Source: Novosphingobium sp. (GTDB lineage Bacteria; Pseudomonadota; Alphaproteobacteria; Sphingomonadales; Sphingomonadaceae). Taken from it: 64,000 bases of DNA. The notes below the pieces were generated by a model, which worked only from the letters and a program-made list of their open reading frames with translations, was not told the DNA's origin and did no database searches. Shown piece after piece: positions 25,152 to 36,185 of this stretch. The DNA is taken from positions 1,503-65,502 of the forward strand of contig JANXSP010000095.1 of NCBI GenBank assembly GCA_025356575.1. The letters run 5' to 3'. The first letter of the stretch is position 1. Each line of letters opens with the position of its first letter. A program made the position numbers and the translations under genes.

Positions 25152-26545
25152 AGCGCAGCCCCGATCGCGCGGGACAGCGCTTCTGCAAGGGTTTGCGCGG
25201 TGAACGCAGGACCCGCCAAGCGCGCGGCTTCACCGTGCAGCCAGAGCCCCTGCCCCGCAGCTTCGATTGGCTCCAGACCGGTCGCAAGCCTGCTCGCGAT
25301 GGTGCCCGCAAGCACATCGCCCGTACCCGCGACGGATAACCAGCTCGGCGCCGGCGGAGCGACAACGACCGCACCGCCGGGCGCGGCGATGACGGTATCG
25401 GGCCCTTTGGCGACGATAATCATCGCGCTCGCCTGAGCCAGCGCCACGGCGCGCGCAACCTTGCTCCCGCCCGCAGCACAGCCGAACGCGCGTTCGAGCT
25501 GGACAAGCTCACCCTCGTGCGGAGTCGCGATGATCGGTGCCCGGCGCCCGGCGACATGACCCGGCCCGATCAGCATCAGCGCATCGGCATCGATCACCGC
25601 AGGGACATCACACGCCAACGCAGCGCGCAGTCGCGAATGCGATGTTTGCGATCGCCCGAGCCCCGGCCCGACCAGCAGCGCAGCGATGCGCTTGTCCGCA
25701 AGCTGCGCGGTCAACGCGCCAAGCTCGACCACCAGGTCTGCAGGGGCCATGACCGCCGCCTCCGCCAGCAGCTTGACGTATCCCGCTCCGCTGCGCTGCG
25801 CCGCCATGCAGGCGAGCAACGACGCGCCGGGCATCGTTCCGCCGACCACGGCGAGGAGCCCGCGGCGGTATTTGTGCGCGTCCGCAGTCGGAGGATCGAT
25901 CTGCGGACGAGCTAGCAGGCGCGCGGCGCCCGACACGTTGCCAACGCCGATCTCGACGAGACGCAGCTCGCCCAACCGAACGCTTGTTGGCATCAGCCAA
26001 TGCGCAAACTTCCAGGCGCCGAGCGCCAGCGTCACGTCGGCCCCGGGCAACCTTTCGCCGAACAGAGCGCCGCTGTCGCAATCGGTTCCACTCGGCAGGT
26101 CGATGGCGACAAGCTTGTGGTGCCGCGCGGCGAGCCGGCACAACAGCGCGGTATCCGGCGCGCCCAGCGGGCGGGTCAATCCGCTGCCGTAAAGGCAATC
26201 GACCAGCACGTCGCCGTGGCGCGACGCTGCCGCATCGAGCGTCTCACCCTGCCACAACGACCGGGCGTGCCGGGCTGCCGCGGTCTTGGGTGGTGCCGCC
26301 GCGATCACCATCACGTCGCCGCCGCGCTCACGCATCGCCTCGGCAATCACGTAGCCGTCGCCGCCGTTGTTGCCCGGCCCGCACAACACGGTGACTGCGC
26401 GCGCGCCAGCGATGCGCCAGACCCAATCGGCCGCGCCGCGCCCGGCGCGCTGCATCAGTTCGTCGACCGAGGTTCCGGCAGCAACCAGCGCTTCTTCCGC
26501 GGCGCGCATCTGGACCGCGGCAAGGATCTGGTCAGGGTTTGGCAT
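25148..26545 (-). CDS. nnr: bifunctional NAD(P)H-hydrate epimerase / ADP-dependent dehydratase
   Basis: LCGPGNNGGDGY (YjeF_N) plus a C-terminal carbohydrate-kinase-like domain with GTGDVLAG. ATG at 26545 within track ORF 25148..26653. Confidence 0.85.
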   Translation of the reverse strand: MPNPDQILAAVQMRAAEEALVAAGTSVDELMQRAGRGAADWVWRIAGARAVTVLCGPGNNGGDGYVIAEAMRERGGDVMVIAAAPPKTAAARHARSLWQGETLDAAASRHGDVLVDCLYGSGLTRPLGAPDTALLCRLAARHHKLVAIDLPSGTDCDSGALFGERLPGADVTLALGAWKFAHWLMPTSVRLGELRLVEIGVGNVSGAARLLARPQIDPPTADAHKYRRGLLAVVGGTMPGASLLACMAAQRSGAGYVKLLAEAAVMAPADLVVELGALTAQLADKRIAALLVGPGLGRSQTSHSRLRAALACDVPAVIDADALMLIGPGHVAGRRAPIIATPHEGELVQLERAFGCAAGGSKVARAVALAQASAMIIVAKGPDTVIAAPGGAVVVAPPAPSWLSVAGTGDVLAGTIASRLATGLEPIEAAGQGLWLHGEAARLAGPAFTAQTLAEALSRAIGAAL

Positions 26546-26888
26546 CGGGTATGCGCCGAGCGGTGAGCCGGTAGCGATCCCCGTCGATCGCCACTTCAAG
26601 GTCGTTGCCGGCCAATGCGCTGGCGATCTCGTGCGCGCCATCGGCGGCCACAACGCCGCGCCCGTCGTTCACCACCTCGAGCCGGTGAAACCCCCCGCCG
26701 GGGTTGTGGAGCACGATCAATTGCTTGCCTTGTGCGCTGCTGCGCTCGGCCGTGCAGTCGGATTTGAACGTGGTCGATCCGCCGAGCGCGCATTGGACCG
26801 GTTCGCCCGCCGGCACCTCGGCGGGCGCGCGCGAGCATGCCGCGAGCGTCAGAGCCAGCGCGAGCGCGCTAGATATCCGCGTAGACAT
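26532..26888 (-). CDS. hypothetical lipoprotein
   Basis: [18 protein letters not shown]: signal peptide with a lipobox (LAAC). Overlaps both neighbours in the same orientation. Confidence 0.6.
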   Translation of the reverse strand: MSTRISSALALALTLAACSRAPAEVPAGEPVQCALGGSTTFKSDCTAERSSAQGKQLIVLHNPGGGFHRLEVVNDGRGVVAADGAHEIASALAGNDLEVAIDGDRYRLTARRIPDAKP

Positions 26889-28587
26889 GCGTTTCCTTTG
26901 CGCCGCCCGGGTGAGTCACCGCGCCCTTGCTCGCCGGGCCGACGTTCTGGGCATAGCGCCACAGCGCGCCCGAATTGTAGTCGTGCCCGCGCGGGCGCCA
27001 GGCGGAGCGGCGAGCGGCAAGGATGTCCTCGGCGACCTCGAGGTCGATTGTCCCCGCCTCAGCGTCGATCGCGATGATGTCGCCCTCCGCGATCAGCGCG
27101 ATCGGGCCGCCATCCGCCGCTTCGGGCCCGACATGGCCGATACAGAAGCCGCGCGTCGCGCCCGAGAACCGCCCGTCGGTGATCAGCGCGACTTTTTCGC
27201 CCATCCCCTGGCCGTAAAGCGCCGCGGTGGTCGAGAGCATCTCGCGCATCCCCGGACCGCCCTTGGGTCCTTCGTTGCGAATGACCACAACGCTGCCTTC
27301 ACGGATCGTGCGCGCCTCGACCGCGGCGAAGGCGTCTTCTTCGCACTCGAACACTTGCGCCGGGCCGGTGAACTGAAGCCGGTGCATCCCCGCAACCTTG
27401 ACGATCGCGCCGTCGGGCGCGAGCGAGCCGCGCAGACCGGCCACGCCGCCAGTGGGCGAGAGCGGTGCCTTTACGTCATAGATCACCTTCTGGTCGGGGT
27501 TCCAGGTGACCTCCTCGATATTCTCGCCGATGGTCTTGCCCGTGACGGTGATCGGCGTGGGATCGAGAAACCCGCCGTCGAGCAGCGTCTTCATGACCAT
27601 GTAGACACCGCCCGCGTCGTACATATCCTTGGCGACGTACTTTCCGCCGGGCTTGAGGTCAGCGATGTAAGGCGTTGATTTAAATATCTCGGCAACGTCG
27701 AACAAGTCGAACTCGATCCCGCATTCATGCGCCATTGCGGGCAAGTGCAGCGCGCCGTTGGTCGACCCCCCCGTCGCCGCAACCACGCGCGCGGCATTCT
27801 CGAACGCGGCACGGGTGCAGATGTCGCGCGGGCGCAGATTGTGCTCCAGCAGCGTCATCACCTGGCGTCCTGCAGCGATCGCCACTTCTTCGCGCGATTT
27901 ATACGGGGCGGGAGCCATGTTGCTGTTGGGCAGCGACAAACCGATCGCCTCGGCGACGCAGGCCATCGTGTTGGCGGTATACTGTCCGCCGCACGCGCCG
28001 TGTCCAGGACAGGCGACTTTCTCCAAGGCGGTCAGGTCCTTGAGCGGACAGTTCCCCGCAGCGAACTGGCCGACCGCCTCGAACACGTCGACCACGGTGA
28101 CATCGCGGTCGGCAAACCGCCCGGGCAGGATCGAACCGCCATAGACGAAGATCGATGGGACGTTGAGCCGGAGCATCGCCATCATCAACCCGGGCAGGCT
28201 CTTGTCGCACCCGGCAAACCCGACGATCGCGTCGTAGCAGTGCCCGCGCACCGACAGCTCGACCGAATCGGCGATAACTTCGCGGCTGACCAGCGAGCTT
28301 TTCATGCCCTGATGGCCCATCGCGATCCCGTCGGTAACGGTGATGGTATTGAACCGCCGCGGCGTGCCCCCGCCCGCCTCCACGCCCTGGCGGCAGATGT
28401 CGGCCTGCATATCGAGCAAGGTGTTGCACGGCGCGCTGTCGTTGCCGGCGGACACCACCGCGACGAACGGCGCCGCGATCTGCTCCTCGGTCATCCCCAT
28501 GGCGTAATAATAGCTGCGGTGCGGCGCGCGCTCCGGCCCGACCGAGACGTGGCGGCTGGGCAGGCGCGATTTGTCGAAGCGGGTCAT
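26869..28587 (-). CDS. ilvD: dihydroxy-acid dehydratase (IlvD/Edd family)
   Basis: [14 protein letters not shown] and ITDGRFSG motifs. 572 aa. Confidence 0.88.
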   Translation of the reverse strand: MTRFDKSRLPSRHVSVGPERAPHRSYYYAMGMTEEQIAAPFVAVVSAGNDSAPCNTLLDMQADICRQGVEAGGGTPRRFNTITVTDGIAMGHQGMKSSLVSREVIADSVELSVRGHCYDAIVGFAGCDKSLPGLMMAMLRLNVPSIFVYGGSILPGRFADRDVTVVDVFEAVGQFAAGNCPLKDLTALEKVACPGHGACGGQYTANTMACVAEAIGLSLPNSNMAPAPYKSREEVAIAAGRQVMTLLEHNLRPRDICTRAAFENAARVVAATGGSTNGALHLPAMAHECGIEFDLFDVAEIFKSTPYIADLKPGGKYVAKDMYDAGGVYMVMKTLLDGGFLDPTPITVTGKTIGENIEEVTWNPDQKVIYDVKAPLSPTGGVAGLRGSLAPDGAIVKVAGMHRLQFTGPAQVFECEEDAFAAVEARTIREGSVVVIRNEGPKGGPGMREMLSTTAALYGQGMGEKVALITDGRFSGATRGFCIGHVGPEAADGGPIALIAEGDIIAIDAEAGTIDLEVAEDILAARRSAWRPRGHDYNSGALWRYAQNVGPASKGAVTHPGGAKETHVYADI

Positions 28588-28629
28588 GTGTGGTCCTGAC
28601 GGCGCGAAAGGCGAGGCGCTGCCCTGCCT

Positions 28630-29352
28630 TCAGCCAAGCGCGAGCGCAACCCTGTTGCCGATCCGCGCGAGCCGCTCTGCCCACTGCGCCTGGCCGGCGG
28701 CGGTGCCGATCTGATCCTGGCGGATTTCGACACCCAGATACGGCCGCCCTTCGGCCTCGGCGTGGCGGTTCATCGTCGCGTTGAGATCGCGCCCCGAATA
28801 GGGCTGCTGGTCGCCGACGTTCAGCCCCTCGGCAGCCAGCAGCGGGATCGCGAGCCGCGCCGCGCGGTCGTCCTGATTATACAGCACACCGACCTGCCAC
28901 GGGCGCGCCTGCGCCGGATCCGTCGCCATCGCGGGGGTAAAGCTGTGGAGCGACACGATCAGCGCTGGCGGCACCGCATCGAGCTGCGCCGCCAGCGCAT
29001 CGTGATACGGCCGATAGAACCGCGCGAGCCGCGCTTCGCGGTCCGCACCGACATTGCCGGGGATGGCGTGGCCGTCGCTGACTTCGGGGATCAGCCCGGC
29101 GCGGTCTTCCTCGCGATTGAAATCGCAGACCAGCCGGCTGGTGTTGGCAAGGAACGCGGCGATACCTGCGTGCCCGGCCATGATCTCGGCAACCCCGGCC
29201 ACGCCGATGTCGACCGCGATATGCTGATCGAGCAGTGCGGTATCGATACCAAGCTCGATGTCGGCAGGAACGCGGTTGGACGCGTGATCGCCCACCACCA
29301 GGATACCGCCGAAGCGCGGCGTGCCGACCAGGCGCCAGGCCTCGCCGCTCAT
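28630..29352 (-). CDS. N-formylglutamate amidohydrolase family protein
   Basis: ILVVGDHASNRVP...SLHSFTP pattern. The ATG at 29352 overlaps the ispE stop (ATGA). C-terminal part of track ORF 28630..29763. Confidence 0.7.
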   Translation of the reverse strand: MSGEAWRLVGTPRFGGILVVGDHASNRVPADIELGIDTALLDQHIAVDIGVAGVAEIMAGHAGIAAFLANTSRLVCDFNREEDRAGLIPEVSDGHAIPGNVGADREARLARFYRPYHDALAAQLDAVPPALIVSLHSFTPAMATDPAQARPWQVGVLYNQDDRAARLAIPLLAAEGLNVGDQQPYSGRDLNATMNRHAEAEGRPYLGVEIRQDQIGTAAGQAQWAERLARIGNRVALALG

Positions 29353-30161
29353 CGCAATGCGCCTTGCATCTGCCACCACTCCGGATGGGCCACGGCCAGC
29401 GCGTCCGCGGCTTTGCCCAAGGCAGCGCGCGTATCGAACAGCGCAAAGCACGTCGCGCCCGACCCCGACATCCGGACCAGCCACGCGCCGGTCTGGCGCA
29501 GCGCGGCGAGCACTTCGGCGACTGGGGGGCATAGCGAAATGGCCGGTGTTTCGAGGTCGTTGCGCCCCGCCAGCGCAATGGCGCGCGCGTCGCCGCCGGG
29601 CAGAGCGCCGCGGTCGATGCCGTCCCAAGCGGCGAACACCGGCGCGGTGGCGAGCGCGACATGGGGGTTGACCAGCAGCACGGGGGTTCCTGCGAGGTCG
29701 CTCGCCACCGGCGCAAGCGCGGTTCCCGTGCCCCGGCCGATGCAGGTTTCGCTGGCGACGCATGCGGGAACGTCTGCGCCAAGCTTCGCCGCGCGCTCGG
29801 CCCAGTCATGGGGAAGTCCGTGGAGTTCGCGCACGATCCGGAACACCGCCCCCGCATCGGCCGAGCCCCCGCCGAGCCCCGCTGCGACGGGCAGGTTCTT
29901 TTCGAGATCGATCCGCAACCCGCCCGCGCGCGGCAGCTTGGCCAGCGCCTTGGCGACGATGTTGCCGAACGGGTCGCTCAACGCGCCAGCGAACTCGCCG
30001 CCGACGTGGAGCGAATCCTGTGCGGCCGCGCTGGCATGCAACACATCGCCGCGGTCGACGAACGCGAACAGCGTCTCGAGCTCGTGATACCCGTCCGCCC
30101 GCCGCGCCCTGACATGAAGCGCGAGGTTGAGCTTGGCGTAAGCGGTTTCGCGCACGCTCAC
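29349..30161 (-). CDS. ispE: 4-(cytidine 5'-diphospho)-2-C-methyl-D-erythritol kinase
   Basis: AYAKLNLALHV, NLPVAAGLGGGSADAGA (GHMP kinase motif). GTG 30161 overlaps the upstream stop (GTGA). Confidence 0.85.
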   Translation of the reverse strand: MSVRETAYAKLNLALHVRARRADGYHELETLFAFVDRGDVLHASAAAQDSLHVGGEFAGALSDPFGNIVAKALAKLPRAGGLRIDLEKNLPVAAGLGGGSADAGAVFRIVRELHGLPHDWAERAAKLGADVPACVASETCIGRGTGTALAPVASDLAGTPVLLVNPHVALATAPVFAAWDGIDRGALPGGDARAIALAGRNDLETPAISLCPPVAEVLAALRQTGAWLVRMSGSGATCFALFDTRAALGKAADALAVAHPEWWQMQGALR

Positions 30162-31804
30162 ATATTCGGGTAGTTCGGTCCGCCCCCGCCCTCGGGGGTG
30201 ACCCAGGTGATGTTCTGGTTGGGGTCCTTGATGTCGCAGGTCTTGCAGTGGACGCAGTTCTGGGCGTTGATCTGGTATTTGGGGGTGCCGTCGGGGTTCT
30301 CGAGCCATTCGTAGACCCCTGCCGGGCAATACCGCGTCGATGGCCCGGCGAACTGGCCGAGCTCGCTGATCCGCTGCAGTTCCATGTCGTTGACGATCAG
30401 GTGGACCGGCTGATCCTCGGCATGGTTGGTGAACGATTGCGCCACGCTGGACAGCCGGTCGAACGTCAGCACGCCGTCGGGCTTGGGATAGACGATCGGC
30501 TTGAACAGGTCGGCGCGCATGGTTTCCGAGGCATCGGTATGATGCTTCATCGCCACCGGCAGCCCGATCCGCAGCGTGCGCATCCACATGTCGATCCCGG
30601 CGACGACCGTCCCGACATCGCCGCCGAACTTGGCCACCGCGGGCTGCGCGTTCTGGACGAGCTTGAGCTCCTTGGCGATCCAGCTCGCGCGCACCGCGGC
30701 GTCGTATTCATCGAGCGCATCGTGCGCGCGCCCGCCCGCGACCGCCGCGGCAATCGCTTCGGCGGCGAGCATTCCCGATTTCATCGCGGTATGGCTGCCC
30801 TTGATCCGGGGCACGTTGACGAAGCCCGCCGAGCACCCGATCAGCGCGCCGCCGGGGAACGCGAGCTTGGGCACCGACTGCCACCCGCCCTCGTTGATCG
30901 CGCGCGCGCCGTACGACACCCGGCGCCCGCCCTCGAGGATCGCGCGGATCGCCGGGTGCGTTTTCCAGCGCTGGAATTCCTCGAACGGATAAACGTAGGG
31001 GTTCTTGTAATCGAGCGCGGTGACGAACCCGAGCGCAACCTGGTTGTTCGCCTGGTGATAGAGGAAGCCCCCGCCCCAGCTGTTGCTTTCGGATAAAGGC
31101 CAGCCCTGCGTATGGATCACCCGTCCGGGCGTATGCTTGGCCGGATCGATATCCCACAGTTCCTTGATGCCGAGCCCATAGACCTGCGGCTGGCAGTCGC
31201 GTTCCAGATCGAACGTCTTCTTCAGCCGCTTGGTCAGATGGCCGCGCGCGCCCTCGGCAAACAGCGTGTACTTGCCGTGGAGTTCCATCCCCGGCTGGTA
31301 GTCACCCTTGTGGCTGCCATCCTTGGCCACGCCCATGTCGCCCGTCGCAACGCCGGTGACCGCGCCGCTTTCATCGTGGAGCACTTCGGCAGCGGGGAAG
31401 CCGGGGAAGATCTCGACGCCCAGCCCCTCGGCCTGTTCGCCCAGCCAGCGGCAGAGGTTGCCGAGGCTTCCCGTGTAGTTGCCATCGTTTGACAGCAGCG
31501 GCGGCATGAACAGATGCGGCAGGCCGTATGACTTGGTCTCGCTGAGCACCCAGTGCCAGTTGTCGGTCACCGGGGTCTGCGCCATCGGGCAGCCGGTCTT
31601 GCGCCAGTCAGGCAGCAGCTCGTCGAGCGCACGCGGATCGACCACCGCACCCGAGAGGATATGCGCGCCGATTTCCGAGCCTTTTTCCAGGATGCAGACG
31701 GTGAGCTCTGCGTTGACCTGCTTGAGGCGGATCGCAGCGGCGAGGCCAGCGGGGCCGCCGCCGACGATCACCACGTCATAGGCCATCGATTCGCGTTCGC
31801 TCAT
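30158..31804 (-). CDS. electron-transfer flavoprotein:ubiquinone oxidoreductase
   Basis: YDVVIVGGGPAGL, C-terminal 4Fe-4S CVHCKTCDIKDP. ATG at 31804. Confidence 0.9.
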   Translation of the reverse strand: MSERESMAYDVVIVGGGPAGLAAAIRLKQVNAELTVCILEKGSEIGAHILSGAVVDPRALDELLPDWRKTGCPMAQTPVTDNWHWVLSETKSYGLPHLFMPPLLSNDGNYTGSLGNLCRWLGEQAEGLGVEIFPGFPAAEVLHDESGAVTGVATGDMGVAKDGSHKGDYQPGMELHGKYTLFAEGARGHLTKRLKKTFDLERDCQPQVYGLGIKELWDIDPAKHTPGRVIHTQGWPLSESNSWGGGFLYHQANNQVALGFVTALDYKNPYVYPFEEFQRWKTHPAIRAILEGGRRVSYGARAINEGGWQSVPKLAFPGGALIGCSAGFVNVPRIKGSHTAMKSGMLAAEAIAAAVAGGRAHDALDEYDAAVRASWIAKELKLVQNAQPAVAKFGGDVGTVVAGIDMWMRTLRIGLPVAMKHHTDASETMRADLFKPIVYPKPDGVLTFDRLSSVAQSFTNHAEDQPVHLIVNDMELQRISELGQFAGPSTRYCPAGVYEWLENPDGTPKYQINAQNCVHCKTCDIKDPNQNITWVTPEGGGGPNYPNM

Positions 31805-31886
31805 GGTCCTGCCGTCCCCTGCCTCGCCGCATTTTTGCGGAGCCCAAGCCTTGATTGCTGGGCCACCGCGGGTCAAGAGCCTTCCC

Positions 31887-32639
31887 ATGTCCGCCGCCCC
31901 TTCCGATGCTGCCCGCACGCTCGCGCAAGACATTGCCGGGGCGCTGGCGTGGTGGCGCGAAGCGGGCGTCGATCAGGGCTTTGCCGATGTACCGACGCAG
32001 TGGATCGCCGAAGACCCGGCGCCCGAGCCCGCCGTGCAGCACGATGAAGCAGCAGCTCTCCCGCCGCCCCCGCCCATTGCGCAAATCGGCGGCGACCGGG
32101 CAGGCTGGCCCGACACGCTGGCCGATTTTGGCCAATGGTGGCTGCGCGAGCCGTCGCTCGATCTGGGCGGATCGGGCGCGCGGATCGCGCCGCGCGGTCC
32201 GCTCGGCGCCGCGGTCATGGTGCTCGTCGCCGAACCCGAAGCGGGCGATGGCGCGACGCTGCTCGCGGGGCCGCAGGGCAAGCTGCTCGACTCGATGCTG
32301 GCCGTCTGCGGGATCGCGCGCGATGACGCCTATGTCGCCAGCCTTCTCCCGCGGCACACACCGATGTGCGACTGGGACGCGGTGGCGCAGGCGGGGCTCG
32401 GCACGATCGCGCTGCATCACCTGGCGCTGGCGGCGCCGCAGCGCGTTTGGGTGTTCGGCCAGACCGTCTTGCCGCTCATAGGCCACGACCCGGCGAAAAG
32501 CCCTGCCGATTTACAATTTTTAAACCATGAAGGTGGCAGCGTAGCGGTGCTCGCAGCGGGCGATCTTGCCAATTTGCTCGCACGCCCGCGAGCACGGGCG
32601 GCGTGGTGGGCGCGCTGGCTGGAATGGACGGGGAACTAG
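31887..32639 (+). CDS. uracil-DNA glycosylase superfamily protein (family-4-like)
   Basis: VMVLVAEPEAGDG...LAGPQGKLLDSML resembles the UDG family-4 core. ATG at 31887 within track ORF 31803..32639. Confidence 0.6.
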   Translation: MSAAPSDAARTLAQDIAGALAWWREAGVDQGFADVPTQWIAEDPAPEPAVQHDEAAALPPPPPIAQIGGDRAGWPDTLADFGQWWLREPSLDLGGSGARIAPRGPLGAAVMVLVAEPEAGDGATLLAGPQGKLLDSMLAVCGIARDDAYVASLLPRHTPMCDWDAVAQAGLGTIALHHLALAAPQRVWVFGQTVLPLIGHDPAKSPADLQFLNHEGGSVAVLAAGDLANLLARPRARAAWWARWLEWTGN

Positions 32640-32682
32640 CGGTTTGGGATTTTCGAGGTTTGCGACAATCGGCAGGGATCGC

Positions 32683-34452
32683 GTGCGCCGCGGCGTGACG
32701 CTTGCCGCTGCCTGCGCCGGGCTCGCCCTGCCCCACGCCGCGCAGGCCAATAGCGCCGCCGCCGATTATTTCCGCGCCCGCGCGGCGCGCAGCGAAGTGC
32801 CCGCATTGCTGACCCAGGACGAACGCAGCTATTACCGCGATCTGTTCACGGCGATCGAGCGGCAGGACTGGACGCGGGTCCAGGCGATGTTTGCGGCCAA
32901 GGCCGAAGGTCCGCTTCATTCGGTGGCGCGGGCCGAGTATTACCTCGCGGCGGGGTCGCCCAAGGTCGAGCTCGATGCGCTCAACGCATGGATGGCAAGC
33001 GGAACGCAGCTTCCCCAGGCGGAACAGATCGCCGCATTGGCGCAGCGCCGGGGCGCCGCGGCGATGCCCGCTCTGCCGAGCACGCAGCGCCTGATGACCG
33101 CGCCGGGCACCCCCAAGCGCACCCTCCCGCGCGCGATCAGCGACGGAACGATGCCCGCGAGCATCGCCGCGGCGCTGTACGACAGGATCAAGAACGACGA
33201 TCCGGTGGCGGCGCAACAGCTGCTCGACGGGATCGACGCGGCGCTCAGCCCGTCGGCGCGCGCCGAGTGGCGCCAGCGCGTCGCCTGGGCCTATTACATC
33301 GAGAACGACGATGCGCATGCTTACGCCGTGGCCCAGACCGCGGCGGGCGGCGAAGGCCCGTGGGTCGCCGAGGGCTGGTGGACCGCAGGGCTCGCCGCGT
33401 GGCGCCTGGGCGATTGCACCGGCGCCGCCGAAGCCTTCGCCAAGACCGCCGCGGGCGCGGACAACGCCGAACTCGCCGCCGCCGCACACTACTGGCGCGC
33501 GCGGGCACTGGTCCGCTGCCGCCAGCCCGAACTGTCCGCTGCGGCGCTGCGTTCGGCCGCGCTGCGCGACGAGACGCTTTACGGCATGCTGGCCGCCGAA
33601 CAGCTCGGCAGCGCGCTTCCCGCGACCCACGCCGCGGCCGATTTCACCCCCGCCGACTGGCAGCGGCTGCGCGATAACGGCAATGTCCGCGCCGCGGTCG
33701 AATTGGCCGAGATCGGCGAGGACGGGCTGGCCGATGAGATTCTGCGCTATCAGGCGCGGATCGGCGAGGCCACGCAATACCCGCCGCTGTCGCGCCTCGC
33801 GCGCGATCTCGGCCTCCCGCAAGCGCAGCTGTGGATGGCCGGAAACGTCCCCCGCGGAGCTTCGGCAGAGCCGGCGGCGCGCTTCCCCACGCCAAAGTGG
33901 ACCCCGCAAGGCGGCTGGCAAGTCGATCCCGCGCTGATCTATGCGCACACTTTGCAGGAATCGGTGTTCCGCACCGCGGTGACCAGTCCGGCGGGTGCGC
34001 GCGGGCTGATGCAAATCATGCCCATCGCCGTGCGCGAACATGCCGCCTCGCTGGCGATGAGCCCGGGTTCGGTCGATCTCGCCCGGCCGGAAGTCAACCT
34101 CGCGTTCGGCCAGCGCAACCTTGCGGCGCTGCGCGATTCGCCGGGCACTGGCGGGCTGCTGCCCAAGGTCATGGCCGCCTACAACGCCGGGCTGACCCCG
34201 ATCACGCGCTGGAACACCGATATCCACGACGGCGGCGATCCGTTGTTGTGGATGGAATCGATCCCCTATTGGGAGACCCGCGGCTACGTCGCGATCGTTT
34301 TGCGCAACTACTGGATGTACGAACGTCAGGCCGGCGGCACATCGGACAGCCGGGTTGCCCTGGCGCAGACGATGTGGCCAACCTTCCCCGGACTGGCCGG
34401 CGGCGGCGCCGTTAGGATCGCGGCAAACGGGGCGCGCATCAATGCCCATTGA
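32683..34452 (+). CDS. soluble lytic murein transglycosylase (Slt70-like)
   Basis: Signal peptide GVTLAAACAGLALPHAAQA. Catalytic ...ESVFRTAVTSPAGARGLMQIMP...AYNAG. The start is uncertain (track ORF starts at 32566). Confidence 0.85.
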   Translation: MRRGVTLAAACAGLALPHAAQANSAAADYFRARAARSEVPALLTQDERSYYRDLFTAIERQDWTRVQAMFAAKAEGPLHSVARAEYYLAAGSPKVELDALNAWMASGTQLPQAEQIAALAQRRGAAAMPALPSTQRLMTAPGTPKRTLPRAISDGTMPASIAAALYDRIKNDDPVAAQQLLDGIDAALSPSARAEWRQRVAWAYYIENDDAHAYAVAQTAAGGEGPWVAEGWWTAGLAAWRLGDCTGAAEAFAKTAAGADNAELAAAAHYWRARALVRCRQPELSAAALRSAALRDETLYGMLAAEQLGSALPATHAAADFTPADWQRLRDNGNVRAAVELAEIGEDGLADEILRYQARIGEATQYPPLSRLARDLGLPQAQLWMAGNVPRGASAEPAARFPTPKWTPQGGWQVDPALIYAHTLQESVFRTAVTSPAGARGLMQIMPIAVREHAASLAMSPGSVDLARPEVNLAFGQRNLAALRDSPGTGGLLPKVMAAYNAGLTPITRWNTDIHDGGDPLLWMESIPYWETRGYVAIVLRNYWMYERQAGGTSDSRVALAQTMWPTFPGLAGGGAVRIAANGARINAH

Positions 34453-34969
34453 TCCGTCGCGCACTTTCAAGCCGATCCGTATTGTCCTGCTCACCGTTTC
34501 CGACACCCGCACCGCTGACGACGATACTTCGGGCGATATCCTGGCGGCGCGGATCACGGACGCCGGGCACCAACTGGCCGCGCGCGCTTTGGAAAAGGAC
34601 GACGCTGACCGCATCGCCGCCCGGCTGCTCAACTGGATCGACGACCGCGAGATCGACGCTGTGATCGTCACCGGCGGCACCGGCCTGACCGGACGCGACG
34701 TCACTCCCGAGGCGCTCGACCGCGTGAAAACCCGCGACATACCTGGGTTCGGAGAGCTGTTCCGCTGGCTCAGCTTCCAGAGCATCGGCACCTCGACCAT
34801 CCAGTCGCGCGCCTGCGCGGTGGTTGCGCGCGGCACCTACATCTTCGCGCTGCCCGGCTCGAACGGCGCGGTGCGGGACGGCTGGGACGGGATTCTCGCC
34901 GATCAGCTCGATAGCCGCAATCGCCCGTGCAACTTCGTCGAACTGATGCCGCGGTTGCGCGAGGTTTAA
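34442..34969 (+). CDS. moaB: molybdenum cofactor biosynthesis protein B
   Basis: LTVSDTR...TGGTGLTGRD...GFGELFRWLSFQSIGTSTIQSRA...RPCNF closely parallels E. coli MoaB. Confidence 0.85.
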   Translation: MPIDPSRTFKPIRIVLLTVSDTRTADDDTSGDILAARITDAGHQLAARALEKDDADRIAARLLNWIDDREIDAVIVTGGTGLTGRDVTPEALDRVKTRDIPGFGELFRWLSFQSIGTSTIQSRACAVVARGTYIFALPGSNGAVRDGWDGILADQLDSRNRPCNFVELMPRLREV

Positions 34970-35013
34970 GCGCGAACCTTGCGCCTCTGTTCCCGTTGTG
35001 TTCTATCGACTCG

Positions 35014-36114
35014 ATGGATCGCCGCGAATCGCCAAGGGTAGCCGGACGCGGCGCGCAATCGGCGCTGGTGCCAGCGCGCTTCGGGTTGAACAGCCGCGAG
35101 GCCGACCGTGACTGGCTTGACGATGGGGCGGTTGTCGACGGTGCGCCGCCGCGGCTGGCGACCACCGTCACGATCGAACACCCCCGCTCGATCATCAGCT
35201 TCAACCAATCGCCCGACATCGCGTTCGACCGATCGATCAATGCCTATCGCGGGTGCGAGCACGGCTGTGTCTACTGTTTTGCGCGGCCCACGCACGCCTT
35301 CCACGATCTTTCCCCCGGGCTCGATTTCGAAACCAGGTTGTTCGCCAAGCCCAACGCCGCGGCGCTCTTGCTCGAGACGCTGGCCAAGCCGGGATACAAG
35401 CCCGCGCCGATCGCGATGGGCACGAACACCGATCCCTACCAGCCGATCGAGGGGCGCTACCGGATCACCCGCCAAATCCTCGAAGTCGCGCTCGACACGC
35501 GCCACCCGTTGACGATCACGACCAAAAGCGACCGGGTGCTGCGCGATCTCGACCTGCTCACCGAACTGGCCAGGTTGGGGCTCGTCGCGGTCGGGGTGTC
35601 GATCACCAGCCTCGACCCGCGGCTGTCGGGACTGCTCGAGCCGCGGGCCAGCGCCCCGTCCAAACGGATGGCCGCGCTGGGCAGGCTGGTTGCGGCGGGG
35701 GTGCTGGCGCATGTCTCGGTCGCGCCGGTGATTCCCTCGATCACCGATCACCATCTTGAGGCGATCCTGCGCGAGGCTGGTCGGCTGGGGGTGCAGTCTG
35801 CCAGCTGGATCATGTTGCGCCTGCCGCACGAAGTCGCACCGCTGTTCCGCGAATGGCTCAGCGTTCATTTCCCCGAGCGCGGCGACAAGGTCATGCACAT
35901 CGTCCAATCGGTGCGCTCCCATGCGACCGGGGGCGGAAAGGACAACGACGCCAATTTCTTCAGCCGGATGAAACCGCGCGGGGTTTGGGCCGATCTGTTC
36001 CGCGCTCGCTTCCGCCTTGCCTGCAAGCGCAGCGGGATTGGCCAGGTCAAGATCGGGCTCGATTGCAGTGGTTTCCGCAAGCCGAGCATCGACGGCCAGA
36101 TGCGGCTGCTGTGA
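35014..36114 (+). CDS. radical SAM protein (PA0069/COG1533 family)
   Basis: CEHGCVYCFARP CxxxCxxC motif. ATG at 35014 within track ORF 34927..36114. Confidence 0.8.
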   Translation: MDRRESPRVAGRGAQSALVPARFGLNSREADRDWLDDGAVVDGAPPRLATTVTIEHPRSIISFNQSPDIAFDRSINAYRGCEHGCVYCFARPTHAFHDLSPGLDFETRLFAKPNAAALLLETLAKPGYKPAPIAMGTNTDPYQPIEGRYRITRQILEVALDTRHPLTITTKSDRVLRDLDLLTELARLGLVAVGVSITSLDPRLSGLLEPRASAPSKRMAALGRLVAAGVLAHVSVAPVIPSITDHHLEAILREAGRLGVQSASWIMLRLPHEVAPLFREWLSVHFPERGDKVMHIVQSVRSHATGGGKDNDANFFSRMKPRGVWADLFRARFRLACKRSGIGQVKIGLDCSGFRKPSIDGQMRLL

Positions 36115-36185
36115 GCGAATAGATAAGGGTTTCACCTTAGACGCGGACGCGGCGTTCTAACCATATTTCCAGCTAAAGTCTGCGC

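Noticed and set aside
31803-31886. N-terminal extension of the UDG-family ORF starting at 31803, back to back with the ETF-QO start.
   Set aside because: It would eliminate the divergent promoter region. The ATG at 31887 (MSAAPSDA...) gives a plausible length.
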